A stretch of 53,806 nucleotides of DNA, filler included, from Dimargaris cristalligena (lineage: Eukaryota), in assembly GCA_003614675.1 (NCBI GenBank). It is 4 parts of 4 records of this genome, joined end to end, with 100 filler letters (N's around TTAATTAATTAA, not from the genome) between each part and the next. Parts side by side here need not be neighbours in the genome. Positions count along the whole stretch, not along the records: positions 27,001 to 40,383 come from ML002992.1; 3 more parts are not named here. One strand, given 5' to 3'. Position 1 is the first letter of the stretch. Each line of letters begins with the position of its first letter. Shown in pieces: positions 26,901 through 40,377 of this stretch. The translations under genes were made by a program, and so were the position numbers. Below the pieces are notes generated by a model. The model ran no database searches. It had not been told where the DNA came from and saw only the letters and a program-made list of their open reading frames with translations.

Positions 26901-27000
26901 NNNNNNNNNNNNNNNNNNNNNNNNNNNNNNNNNNNNNNNNNNNNTTAATTAATTAANNNNNNNNNNNNNNNNNNNNNNNNNNNNNNNNNNNNNNNNNNNN
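26901..27000. other. Artificial contig spacer
   Basis: N44-TTAATTAATTAA-N44. Confidence 0.97.
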
Positions 27001-27817
27001 ATATATAACTGGGCCCCATTGGGACCAGTTAGATTCCTTAGCTTATTCTTACCCCCGCAGTTTACCCCAATAAACTCTATATACACTCACTCCCTCTTGT
27101 ACTGACCAGTAAGTGTGCCTGCTGCACATTCCTTACATCAATCCAATCACCTAAACCTTTATTAGTTAGTACTGTGCCCCATACCTAACACTAGTAGCCC
27201 GCTTGGCTGAGTCTAAGCCCCACCTACCATTAGAAGCCTATCCCCGAGACTCTTGATGGACTAAGAGTAGTTAACTCAGGCAACATAAGCTAAAAAAAAC
27301 ATTAGTTCCTAATGGGGAAAAACGGGTAGTTTGGTACCCATATGACATCTGCAACTCCGCTAAGAGACGGGCTATTTATGCTTCAAAGTATAAGGGACTC
27401 GAATTCAATATCAATGGGTTCTTGCTTAGGAGTATAAGTCACATTGGAGTGCATCGACCGTCAAACAGGTCCGCCTCTACAGTACCAACCCCTTGTGGTA
27501 CTGGCCCACATCTAGTTAGTCCAAGATATTGGTAAGAAGTACTACTACAGGTTCTCTTTGAGGCATTACATTCGGTAGTAAGAGCAAGCGAATGCATCAC
27601 TTGACGCGCTTTCTTTGGTAATTTTTATGTACCCCTTATCAAGCGTTTCCGAACACCCCGCTCTTTTCCCATCTATACTGTCCCGCCTTGCCATTATTTC
27701 TCTTTGACATTGGCCCAGCTGAACTCTCTTCCCCATTAGCCTTGGAGCGCCCCTCCCCCACCCCTTTGTGCACTCTACTTGACCATTACTATCATTCTCT
27801 CATTCGGTTCGCCCAGC

Positions 27818-30381
27818 ATGTCCGACCCAACGATAACCGGCGCGGAGGCCTCCACGGATGGGCCTCGCCGATGCTGGATTTGCCTCGGCGATGAAACGGA
27901 TTCCACCGGGTCATGGTCACAGCCCTGTCCCTGCTCCCTCGTTTGCCATACGCAATGCTTAATGCGCTGGGTCACCGAAAGCCAACGAGAGGATCCGCAA
28001 ATGCAGGTAAGCGACCGGTTCTTCCGTTCCATAGTCCATTGGCTTATTCAGTTATTCCTGGCCTGAAAGTGGTTTGTCCCATTTAAGCTCCGCTTCCCCT
28101 GTGACTTACGGTCATGTATCCTATACTAACTCTCCCGAGGACCACCTTGTAATCAAATATATTCCATAATTCCTACATATACGCACTCCAGATTCGCTGC
28201 CCGCAATGCAACACGCCGTATAAAATGGACCGGCAGCATTCTCACATCGTCCGATTTATCAACCGACTCGAACCGCTCGCCACCAAAGCGGCGCTCACCA
28301 TCGCTGCCAGTGGCCTGACCTCTTGTGCATTCACTTGTATGACGACTTACGGGTAAGTTCTTTCCATACTTCTAGCGAAATGTCTCAGACAAATTGTGGC
28401 CCTGGGGAGTGCAAATGGCGTTAACCGCGTATAGTCCGATGCTGCAGCTTTATTTGGCCGTAAATCAAGCGATAAACCCTTCTATTAATCCTTCATTCCA
28501 TTCATACAATACCTCATAATCCCAATTTTTTATTTATACCGATGCCTTTAGTGCCTATGCCGTCCTGACGCTGTGTGGTTCTCTGGAGGGAACGCGTCTC
28601 CTGGGTTCTCCCACCCCCTGGGGATGGCGGATATGGGTAGGTTTAACTTTTGCAACCACTTCCGCCTCTACCTACACACATTTAGTATGCCGTGATTCTT
28701 TGGACAATTGGCTATGAGCAATCCCATTTGCTATACCCTTCTAATCTCGCCAGGTCTATATATTTGATTTTATGTTTTAAATCCTACCGGAATGCAACTT
28801 GCTAGGTGGGCTTGCCCCTGATCCCCATGATCCTTGTCGGCTCTCGTACCCCAATATTCGACAATGTTCTACCTCTACTTCCTCTGATATTTGTGCAGCC
28901 CCACGACCTATCACCAACGTTCCCCCCTAACTCCGCCACTATCGTAACGGCCCTTCCGTGGGTGCGGTAAGTCTCACCCTTTATCCCAGTACAGCTTTTA
29001 CCAACTATTATATTGATTTAAAAAAATCTGCTACCTGGGCCCTCAACTTACTAGCCTAATCTGCAATTATCGGCATTATTTTTATGCTTGCCATATATAG
29101 CATGATCTATAATGGAATATATGATCACTATTTTGGCACGCTCGACCTCGAGTACATTCTACACATGGCACCCGACAGCGTCGATATTGAGACTGCGGTG
29201 AATATTACAACCAATACCGACGATGGCCATGTGTACCGTCAAGTGCTAAACACGTCTCTCGCAGACCAAATCGACTTTATGCAACGAAGGGACTCCATGG
29301 GTCAAGGTAAAGGTGGCTTGTTTAATTCGGGACTTTTGATATCGATGATCTGCCATCCCATCATCAGCTATTTACCCTTTTGATTCACTCTTGCCTCGAC
29401 ATTTCAGTTTTTTTTATCTAATTCAACACTCGGAATTACTAACGGCTGGTTTTCTTTGGTATTTATACGTTGTTGTTTTTTGGCCGAACTGCTTATTTTC
29501 AGATGTTCTAGCTATTGACCAGATAGACCAAATTCATCGCGGCCCTGGGGACACGGTTGTTGAACTACAGACTGGGATTCAACTCAAGGGAACCGCATTT
29601 GTTCGGGCAGTCGTGAGTGCACTTATTTTCCCAGGTAAGGATACTGGCGCTTATATGTATATATCTCTATATTTCTCACCATGGTGGGTCACTGAAATGC
29701 TTAAGTCGTCTTTTATAGCCAGACATACTGGGTGAGTGTTATATGTGGTGTCACTACTGTATCCCATAGCTAATGACCGAAATGTGTATATTTATTTTGA
29801 TTTGATCGGGAATTAGCAATATCGTCTTTCTGTGGAAGGTAAGCTAATATTACATTATATTCATTCAGAGCATACGCCTCGACCCCGATCTTTAATTGCG
29901 CAAAACGATCATCCGCACATGAGCTGACTAATGAGCCTATTTTGATCCGTGTTGGTCGTTGTGCTTTCACCCACTAGTCTTTTGGGCACGATGCCTTTGT
30001 TCCGCTGCAACTTACCTGCCCCATTTCAACGGAATGTACTCGGCGGGTGCCTTTTTGTTCTTTTTAAGGTAGGTCAATTGCTGCGTGACTAGTTACATAC
30101 TTGGGGCGCACAGACGAATTAATCTGAACTACCCTCTATCGATTGGCTATGTATATTCCCCTTGCTGCTAAATAGAGCACATTCCACATTGTCCCGGCCT
30201 GGGCTATCTTTGTCTATTATTGGCGAACTATTTTTTACTGTTAATCTCACACCCTATGCGCGTGCGACTGCTGTATTTTGCATGTTTTTTTCTCTCTCTC
30301 TAGGACATTGTCTCCGTACTGTACAAATATCGAGCGGTACAGTCCCGCAAACGCCGGCGAATCCTAAACTATGGCGAGTAG
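27818..30381 (+). CDS. RING-CH (RINGv) membrane E3 ubiquitin ligase, MARCH5/MITOL-like, ~9 exons
   Basis: CWIC..WSQPCPCSLVCHTQCLMRWV|IRCPQCNTPY, TTYG|AYAVLT, VGLPLIP, RAVVSALIFP|AISSFCGS|LL and QRNVLGGCLFVLFK|D..LYKY..RRRILNY match the MARCH5 layout; includes a 22-nt exon at 29817-29838. Confidence 0.85.
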
Positions 30382-30851
30382 AAATGAGTCACTTCAGCCA
30401 TGGGCTTTCCACCCCACCATGTTTCAATTATTGGACAAGCATGACTGGTTTTTAAATTCACAGTCCGCATCAAGCAATCGGAGTTTTTTTAGATATATCT
30501 CATTATATGGAATCAATCAAATAGTTCTTTCTTGCCAGCCTCTTTAAAGCTCAATGATCCATCATATAGAGAGCGGGGTGACTATGCTCGCCTCGTGGGT
30601 CTGGTAAGCCTGGTAGGTCGACATTAAGTTGGCTTGGTCATCAACAAATACACCATTCCAGTGGTTATATGCCATAAACTCAATCACAATATGGCCAATA
30701 GGACTGGACATGTATCAGCGATAGCACTCGATTTCTGTGACAATCCACTGGTTTTAATAAAGGGCGGTAGTCAGTTATAAAGTTTTATTTTGATACACCG
30801 ATTTCGCCCAACCAAAATGATGGCCATGCTGGGCTGGACTGAATCATATTA

Positions 30852-32582
30852 CTATGCGCGGTGGCCGTGGGTCTGGCGCCAACTACCCCCCTTAAAGTAT
30901 AACAGAAATCCCAAAGCCGCACCTACGCAGCATGTCAAGGACAGCATAGTAAACGTCCAGCCCACACCAATAGAGCGGCTCACTGAGTCGATTATACCGG
31001 TCCAGAGGGCTGTGTAGAGGCCACGGAACATATTGGCCATGGATGTGATGGAGGCGCTGTTGGTGGTGAACAGATCGACCAGATAGGTGGAAAAAACCGA
31101 AAATATGGCATTGGTGGCGAAACCGACTGGAGGTTGCAATATATGTAGGAAACAGTATATGCGGATAGAAATTAGACCAGAAACCGGGGCAATTCAATCA
31201 ACAAAGTACAGGTACTTCCGATGAATTCGGCACAGTCGCACGATAGGAGCCCTGTGAATTCAAGTTGATTCGGGAGGTGGGTGATGTCCCCAAATAATCG
31301 ATGAACTGGGAGGTGGGTATGGAAACTTACCAAAGAATTGTGAGCACAAGGCAAGAGCAATCGGGGTTTTGAAGTGCATAAACCAGCCGTAAGCCAGTAT
31401 TCCGAGGGGGAAAATAATGCTGCATAGGAGAACAAAGGGAAGCCGCGCTTCCACGGGGCGGTCTTTGGAATGGTCAGCCGAGGTGGATGGAGTGGTAGTA
31501 GGAGGGGAACTCCCCTTCTCGTTGGGCAGGGATGTATCCAGTTGCGTCGACTTGCGTAAGTGACGTTGCAAGGTATAGTCAGCCATGGTCCCCCCTAGAA
31601 TAGCGCCCAGGACGTTACCCGCCCCTGAGGCAATGTAACACAACCCCACGGTGGCGGTGGTGTAGCCATAGTCGCGCTTGAGGAGCACGGTCATGATGGT
31701 GTTCATGGAATAAAACGAGGCCATGATGAGGGACATTTCGACCACGGGAATGACCACATAGGGACGTCGGAGCGTCCCGAATACGGCGAAGGGGTTCAAT
31801 AGGGACCAGGTGAAGATGGGGGGATTCCGAAGGACTTCCTCGCACGAGAGACCTTGCAGGTCGATGCGATACTTCCGCACCACAGAGGGCCGATGGGTTT
31901 CCGGCAGCACAAAGGTCAGGAGGAGCCACGAAATACCGCTCAGAATGGTCGTCATCCAAAAGATCGAGCGCCAGCCGAGGGCCTGGCCGACATAGCCACC
32001 CAGGATAGTTCCGAAAATTGGGCCGGTCATTTGGCCCCCGAAGTACAGGCCGAGCGCTTGACCGCGGTGGGCCGGTTCGTAAATATCGCAAATGGTGCCG
32101 GCTCCTCCGGCGATGAGGACGGACCCCCCAAAAGCCTGGAAGAACCGCATAGCAATTAGACAGGAGGGATTGGGCGACAGGGCACATCCGACCGACGCAG
32201 CGGTACATATGAGAGAGCCGCACGAGAATGCCCAGCGCCGACCGAAATTATCCCCAAGGGGGCCCCAGAGCAAGGGGGCGATGGCCATGGCCGCCATGAA
32301 TACCGAAATAGCCGCGTTGATGGTACTCACAGTAGTATTCATGTCGTTGGCAATATCGGGTAGGGCGGGCAAAAATACATTGGAGCTGAAGGGGGCAACA
32401 ATGCCGGTAAAGGCGATGATGGCCACCATGAAACGTTTATGGACAGTTGAAAATGTCGAATAAGGGACCGGGGAAAGCACGGAGTCGAGCGTCGACTGGC
32501 TCCGGTTATCATGCCAGGTGGTATGGGCACCGTTAGATGAAGGGGACGGCGACTTCCCCGTGACTGTGACTTGCAATGACAT
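30852..32582 (-). CDS. MFS transporter, DHA1 (Qdr/Dtr1-like) family, 2 exons
   Basis: PYSTFS..K, PFSSNVFLPALPDIA, WGPLGDNFGRR, MRFFQAFG, GAGTICDIY..RG and LPETH motifs; last exon TYLVDLF..SAS. Confidence 0.93.
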
Positions 32583-35483
32583 TATAGGTTAAGAACGGGG
32601 GGTTCTTTGAAATTGGGCGTGAATTAGATAGGGAAGTTGCGGTTACTGTATGAGAGTCGTAAAAGTTGGTCGTTATAGCAATCGGGAAAAGGGTGTGCGC
32701 GAAAATAGCAATACATATAAATAAACAGCACACGCCAGGTTGAAACGTGAGTGGGCACCACGGTAAACAAAGCCAAAATAAGCAGGTAGAGCGGGGTCAG
32801 TTTCTATTTGGAGCGAATTCGGTCCAGGTTTATATCGAGCCGGGTTCTCCCAAAGACGGCCCACCCGGTTGCCACCGACTCCTCCTCCCCCCTTGGGAAG
32901 GGGGATTTTTTTAGTGACTATTGGGCGTCAGTTGACCAAGCTGCTCCGTAATTTTTGTTTTTACTGGCGTGCCCCCCCCCCTCCCACTCAGACCCGGCGG
33001 ATTCGACCATACGGGGATTAGGTGTAACATGGACTCACTTTAGCCACAGGCCGAGTGGCAATCCCAACTGGATGAGTATTGCACCCTGCTGAGCTGGCAT
33101 CACCACCCCGTATGCATCGTTTACCCGTTTTACTCGGAGGATGGGTGTGCCCATGCTGAGTCAAGCTGGTCCGGAGACCATCGATCCGGTTGATGTGACG
33201 GCGTATGCCATAGAGGTAGGGATGAATAAGATATACGTGTAACTGTTAACACGTGCGGCGACTTACATAAATCAAAGGTGTGGGGGAGACTATGACTTGG
33301 AGCCAGTCACGAACGCACTAGTAGTCTCGCCAGTAAGTGATGAGTCGTACGTTGAAAATGCCGGAATAAAATATCCGGTCAAGTAATTACAGGTTAATGG
33401 AATCTACCAAAGTCAGGGTGGCGGACTAGACGGAAGCGCTATTTAGAAACAGTCAGCGAATTGTGGCGAAATGCAGAGGAGTGGATGATGTAACTTGGTG
33501 TATAGTATTAAATCGCGGTGGTGGCGGAGCCTACTGCACTACTTATAACACCGGAAGCTGCGTAGGTCAACGGCTTGATCTTACTAACGACTGTCTAAGT
33601 TAACTAGGTGGGCATCAGAGTGTGACTGTATTTAATATAATAGCAGCATAAGTGTGACTGTATCCCCTAGCCCCATGTCACCTCCTACATCGGCTCTTAA
33701 ATACCTCACCAATGAGTACCACCAGCTACATTTAAATTTAATGTTAATGGCGTGCTGCCGGCTATCCCGCTACCCCTGACCACTACGGGAGATTTCGGTT
33801 GCAAAATGTTTTCGTTTTTATAATTTTTGGAAAGAAATATATAATATAGATGCGATTGTAGTAGCCCCTAGCATTGCGCATTCCACGGGATAGTGGATTA
33901 ACGACTTTCTAGCCATTCACTCTCGGAAGATAATGGTGATCGTAGCCACTGCCCCTACTCTACTTCCCTATTACTATAGAATGGGCTAGTGAGCCCCCTT
34001 TTGAATGACGTCAATGGACTGTCCTATCTCGCCAATTAAGGGGAATCGGCCCGACCAGCGTTCGAATGTTTTTTTTTGAAAATGCGGGCTAGGAACGAGC
34101 CTGCCCAATGTCAGCCCGACGCAACGCCATTTATTCTAACAGATTACGGATCACCCGTAATAAATCTGCGATATACCCCCGACTCTTGACAAGACTGGGA
34201 CATGCTACTCTACACTACCGACTCCCGCAGTCCACGTAGCCTATTGTATGGCGGGCCTTTTTTTATTGTGTCTTTTCTCCGCCCGTACCCATCAGCTGAA
34301 ATGGAAATATCACTGCAAATGAGACCACCTGGCCTTTGCTTTATCGAATGCTACATACATGGGTGAAACTCAATCCAACTGTATAAGATTTTGGTTTAGT
34401 AAAGCCCACATTATCAACCGGATACTTCGCTACACATATATCTTGAACCTCGCCTATATTTAACTTGCCAATACCTCCAACTAATGACCTTCCAGTCAGG
34501 GGGAACCCTACCTCTCCCTTATCCTGTTCTCCTGAACGGGGGAAGGAGTCATCGCCGTACTGTAGCGATCTCCTGCTTCGTCAACGATGGTCCAATCATC
34601 TCAGCCTCATCTACTTTTGGCCTGATTATAATGCATTATACGACTTAGATAGAACATATAAAACTGAGGGGTGTGATGACGCTCTCTGCCTCGTATTTTT
34701 GTATTTACGATCATCCCCGATAGCTAGATACCCAATACTTAGTTAGGTGTAAAAATAATAAGCAATGGTATTAATAAAATCCCGGCACAGGTGACCACAT
34801 AGGAACTACACTGCCGTAAAACAAGGAGCTACTGCGATAGGGACTAAACCCGCGACCATTCCCCGCCATCCACCACGTAAAAAACACTCTATAACTGATA
34901 TGTTTCTCATTTAGACATTTACTGCTACTTCGCTCAATCAGCCACAGCTCCACTGCACTAATTAAACTATTTACCCCTCACCATAATGCACCCGACTTTG
35001 AGTCCCCAAGAACAAGAGAATCTTCCCTTCTACCCTTATGTTAGTTCTAAAGTATTAAACATAAAGAATCTGGACCCATATTTACGGTAATTGGCTATTC
35101 AATAAAATATGAATCGTTAAAGCACCCTCGAATTGCGCAATAAGGGTTTAAGGGAGCTAATGCCCTCCTAGATTGAAAGACGTCAGTCTATTTCTAAAGT
35201 TCCGGTTATTATATTGCCAAATGAAAAATAATCCCCAATAGACAATCCAATATGTGAAATTATCTCACCGGTACAATTTACCAATTATGTATATGCCTAT
35301 TTAGCATTTATACCACGTCCAATGTTTACTTTATTGTTCCATTATAAGCAAATAGGACAATAAATATAGCCATGGGGATTCTGAGCTTCGTCCGAAATTA
35401 AGGTGACCCCCCAAAAAAGTGAAATAATCTGCCATTCCGGGGCAGTAAAATGGGGGTAGGCCGCCGATAAGGTAGCAAACCTA

Positions 35484-35866
35484 TTATATGGGGACGACAA
35501 AATCATTGAAAAGGTACTGGCTGCGTTTATCGACAACAACGTAGTCATTCTCATCCAAATCAATTCCTTCGGAATTCAACAGGCTACGCTTGTTGCTCAC
35601 TTTACCGCAACCCCAGTCGCTGTCAAGAAAGAAAAAATTATAGTAAAGCAAAACTAAAGGTTAGAAAAGCTGGGCATTATGGTACACATTGGAAGCAACC
35701 AGTGGACTATCTATAATCAACCAACTTACCCTGAAAACCCACCCAAATAGAGATCAGAGGCGAGGACTCGGTGGCCTACGAGAATTAAGCAGATCTTGTA
35801 AGAGAATCGATTGGTTAGTATTGAGTCAACATGTGCATTGTCCACCAATTGACATGGTAGCGGCCT

Positions 35867-35907
<41 letters not shown>

Positions 35908-36833
35908 TCGTGTTCAATCCACGAAGGGCGCATCATTGATGTTCACTGTGTTATCGTTGTACAATGTTATCTGTGATTATTTTTTCATTTGCGATTATTT
36001 TTTTCATCAAACACTTACATGGTACAGGGAGGGGATCGAATGGGTTATTCCTTAGAGCCTGGCCCACTATGATGGATGAGTAAATAGGATGGAGGGCCAA
36101 ATGAGAAGTGCGACTATTTTGGTAAATACCATGGTAAAGGGTAGTAACATAAAATAGGGTGGTGGACCACCATAACAATGTGTGGATGTAGAATATTTAC
36201 CTGCGCGCGGGGACGATTTGAGGGCGTCCGAGATCATTTTGTAGGTGGAAATACGACCAGCGGGAATCTTATTACCATGGGCATATGTAGATTAGTGAGT
36301 TGATGGTAGATATCCCACATGGATACGGTTAAGTACGAAGGGGGTTAGTTACGAATAATCTGGACTTTAAAGCAATTTGCGAAAAAAAAACTGGAATAAA
36401 GAGAGGGCCGGTTGGCAAAGCGACTATTAGCCGCTATAAGCCAAGGCTTACCTGGGCGCAGAGGTCATAAACTCTGAACTGAAACTCCGTCACCCGTCTA
36501 CTTGTTTTGGAGTTGATGAAATCCGACCGTTCGCCCGACTGGGTGGGGAAGTACTTGACTGCTGGCGGGAACGCACGGGCCAAAGACATATATATATATA
36601 TATATATATAAGCATCGCTGTTAGTCAGGAAATTCGCACATGAGTTAGCCGTATCCCTTATGGGCTATTGCCTAGATTCGAGGACGAGGGTCTCGCTATT
36701 CCGTCAGGGTTAGTTAGGGTGAACCTTATCTAGTGAAGTTACCCCTCCCAGAAACACTTGGTGGGTGCTGCGGCTACCGAAAAGGGAGCTTACCTTCCGT
36801 GGCGGAGTCCACATTCACAACGGGCGGGGACAT
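35484..36833 (-). CDS. MGMT: O6-methylguanine-DNA methyltransferase, 147 aa, 6 exons (not recovered as a gene in the ORF track)
   Basis: Exons 36833-36794, 36558-36452, 36267-36201, 36066-36019, 35775-35730 and 35619-35484 are all GT-AG and in phase. They give VTEFQFRVYDLCAQIPAGRISTYKMISDALKSSPRAVGQALRNNPFDPLPVPCHRVLASDLYLGGFSG..KRSLLNSEG. Confidence 0.95.
35860..35932 (+). tRNA. tRNA-Phe(GAA), nested antisense in MGMT intron 4
   Basis: GCGGCCT-TA-GCTCAGTTGGGAGAGC-G-TCAGA-CTGAAGA-TCTGA-AGGTC-TCGTG-TTCAATC-CACGA-AGGGCGC-A; one G.G mismatch in the acceptor stem; T6 terminator at 35980-35985. Confidence 0.95.
36588..36610. repeat. (AT)n microsatellite in MGMT intron 1
   Basis: Seen directly. 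Confidence 0.9.
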
Positions 36834-37695
36834 GGTGAGTACAGACGATAGGAAGCTGCAAAGAGCGGACAAAGGTGGATTGGTGTAGGACGTATGTTAA
36901 AGTCGACGACACGGAAGGCCTGAAAAGTGAGGAAAGAGAGGTAAAGGAAGCCGAGTGCAGCAGTGCAGAGTATTTGAAACTTTTATGATGGTGTCGTAGT
37001 TGCTGCGGCATCTGGGGGGGAGAGCTCTGTTGCTCGCTGACCCTGTCGTGTTCCTGTGAGTAGTGGTGTGGGGGACACTATTGCATCAGAGTATGGGAAA
37101 TAGGAGGAGGGCTGTGAAATGACAAGGGTCACGTGTATATTCTTACTGTGTTTATAGATGTGCTCTCCTCCCTCCACCCTTCAAACCCTCCACAATACTC
37201 AAACCTTGGTCTCCTATATCCCAAACTGGTATAAATGTTCTTGAGGCTGAGATGCTCTACTTCTCCTCAACTTATACCCCAGTTTCCCTCCCTGTCGATA
37301 TACATCGAACTGCACATGGGACAGGAGGAGGAGTGTTTGGTACATGTATGGGAAATGGACCCCGAAACGGTCGGGTAATTGGCCACTGTACCGAAGGTAT
37401 ATTATTAATTGGGTACTTTTGGAGCGGGTCACTGAGCTGGGGTCCTTTGTAGAGGACATGAGGCCGGATGAGTGCGGGTTGGCAGACCACACCTGTCGAC
37501 CAGCCAAGGTGCAGTTAGGGGCCTAACACCTTCTCCAATCACCACCACCACAAGTCATCTGTTCTGTGCATTGCTCCCCAGGGTTATTTATCTGCTTGTT
37601 TATTCCTATTCATTTTGCCTCCACTTTCCATCCACCCGACCTCATCTCATACCATCCCCCCCTCCCGCCCATCCGCACCCGCTAAACTCGCCACC

Positions 37696-39605
37696 ATGGA
37701 TTCAATCTCAATGTGGGATGTCAAGGACATGTTCAACAAAGTGTAGGTGATATTTCCGAGACTGTTGTATCCCCGTAACCCCCGCAAGCTATTCAATCGG
37801 AGGCTTGGTGCCACTAGATACGGTGCAGCTGTTCCGTTTTAGGTCCTGGAGTTGGCCGAATTGACAATACCCATCCCAATCCCTCAACCACCCTCAGCCT
37901 TCCAATGCACTACTTATCAAGTTACTCTCGAAAATCGTTTATACTTAAACCCAATCCCTCACCTTTATATTAACCAGGAAAAATGTTGTCATGAACTACA
38001 CCGAAATGGAAATCAAAGTCAACGAGGCTACGAACGGCGACGCCTGGGGTGCCTCCAGCACTCTAATGAAGGAAATTGCCCAGGCCACGTACAGCTTGTA
38101 AGTTTGACCTAGCTCCAAACCTCGTTTCCCTATGTTTAGCAACCCCGCTAGCGGCTAGGTTAGTGCGGCCCTTTAACGCATACTTGTCTAATACCCACCC
38201 ATACTATGCGTTCTGTCTACATACGCCACTCTCACCCGCATGCCTTGGCTACCATGTCACCTATACTAGCCAAAACTTCAACGAGATTATGCCGTGTATC
38301 TACAAGCGATTTTCGGAATGCGAGGCCCACCAGTGGCGACAGATTTACAAGGCCCTTACTCTGCTGGAGTACCTCCTTAAAAACGGCTCCGACCGGGTGG
38401 TGGACGATGTCAAGGCCCATATTACCACCATAAAGATGCTACGTAGTTTCCACCACATTGACGACCAGGGTAAGGACCAGGGCATCAATGTGCGCCAGCG
38501 GGCCAAGGAGCTGGTCGAGCTGATCCAAAGCTCCGCCCGCATCCGTGAGGAACGGGCCAAGGCCAAAGCCAACCGCAACAAGTACACGGGAGTTAGCTCA
38601 AGCTCCGGTGGTTACGGAGGCTTCGGCAGTTCCAATTCCGATAATTTTGGGCGTTCCAGCAGTCGCTATCAGGATGACGACAGCAACACCAGCGAGTACT
38701 CCCGTAGCCAGTCTTCGAGCCGGTCCTACCGGGACTCGCCCACTTCCTCTAATGCCACCACCACCTCTTCCTCCCGGATGAACACTACCCGCTCCACTCC
38801 CCGAGCCCCACGGGCCCCTAGTCCCCCACCAGCCAGCAGCGAGCCGACCCCAAGCCTGTTGGATTTGGACGATTTCAATGCGATGCCCACTCCGACCCCG
38901 GCCGTTCAGCCGGCGATGTCTCTAATGGACGCCGGTAATTCCAGCCTTATGGATAGTGTCGCCACCTCGGGTGGGGCTCAGGACGACGACTGGGGTGACT
39001 TCCAATCCACGGGCGCCCTCAGTAATACCATCACTACCCCGGCCCCTCCTTCGGCCCTGGCTCCCCAGTCGGCTTCAGCCGATTTACTGGCAAATGACTT
39101 TGATTTCCTAAGTGTAGGTGGAAACGCCGGTGCCAATAATGTCCCCATGAGTCACCAACCCCAGTCGTTCGCATCTACCCCGCTTGCGGCTCCCCAATCA
39201 TCTAGGAGCCCGGGCCTGTCCAGTTTGACTACTCCTTCCACCGCTTCTCCCGCCAATGCCGCCTCCCCAAAGCCCGGCAATGATATTTGGAGTCAAAACG
39301 CTAGCCTGGTGTCCCTCGATCTTCTCGGCTCAAGAACCTCCGGAAAACCCGCCAAGGCCCCCGCGAAACCTTCCATGAACTCGCTGGCTAGTATGCAGGC
39401 AATGAATAAATTAAGCCAGTCCACCGCTAGCCCCATGGCGGATTGGGGAAGTAACTTCAACAGTGCCAATGCCAGTCGGACATCGCCGGCCATGGGCTCA
39501 TCCTTGGCCGGTTCTTCCGCTAGTCTGGGTTCCGGTCGGCCAGCTGCCACTGCTAACCAGGCTATTACGCCTATTTCCAAGAGTGATTTGGACCTTTTCC
39601 TTTAA
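37696..39605 (+). CDS. ENT3: ENTH-domain epsin-related protein (Ent3/epsinR type), 3 exons
   Basis: MWDVKDMFNKV|KNVVMNYTEMEIKVNEATNGDAWGASSTLMKEIA, WRQIYKALTLLEYLLKNGS and GKDQGINVR motifs; tail carries LLDLD clathrin-box-like and DDDWGDFQ AP-1/GGA-ear-type motifs. Confidence 0.92.
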
Positions 39606-40309
39606 GACATTATCGATCTTCACATTGTTCTCTCGCTTCCTTTCTCTTTCCCTCTTCTTTTCTCGTATTAATTTTGCTCATACCAGTTTATCGAAATATA
39701 TATATATATATTATATTGGTGGCATCCTAGCCAAACCACATTATCTGCCGTGTACGTTGGCTTATTTGCATTAGGCTTCAGCCGCCTATTTTTGGCGCAG
39801 TCGAAAGACATATTTCTAACCCATTGCCGCCACCATCCGCTAATTTTACCCCGGTCCGAACAGTTTGGTTAAGGAGAGAATATATGGGTGGGTACCAACA
39901 CAATTGTATACAATTATAAATGATACATGAAAAAATCGGTGGAGTGTTTATTTTTTACTAAAAATACTCTCGTTTTATCAAACCCATTATTCAATCCATC
40001 ACCCACTGTATCTTCCCTATATTAATTTTAAACCATGCCCACCCAAATGTACTTAATTTACATTCCTGTATTTCTAGGGAGCGAATATTGTGTTTTTTAT
40101 TTCACTTTCAATGACAGCGCAGAAAAGTAGCTAAGCAGCAATTCAGTGGATGGTGATGTATGTGGGCGTGTATACAAGCGAGTCGGCGGGAGCGACAGCC
40201 TGAGAGTATAGAATGAACGAGTAGTGAATTAGTCTAGTAAAAAAAAATCGCAAATGAAAAAATAATCACAGATAACATTGTACAACGATAACACAGTGAA
40301 CATCAATGA

Positions 40310-40334
40310 TGCGCCCTTCGTGGATTGAACACGA

Positions 40335-40375
<41 letters not shown>

Positions 40376-40377
40376 AG
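40310..40377 (-). pseudogene. 5'-truncated copy of tRNA-Phe(GAA), within a 139-bp inverted duplicate of 35865-36003
   Basis: 40239-40377 is the reverse complement of 35865-36003 with one mismatch. The first five tRNA bases are replaced and the contig ends 6 nt later. Confidence 0.8.

Noticed and set aside
32900-35400. Long non-coding stretch; a GTGATGA C-box-like motif near 33336
   Set aside because: No matching D box, terminal stem or recognisable snRNA/snoRNA; consistent with the MFS upstream region.
36446-36470. CTTACCTGG resembling the U1 snRNA 5' end
   Set aside because: It is the reverse complement of an MGMT splice donor (CAG|GTAAG).
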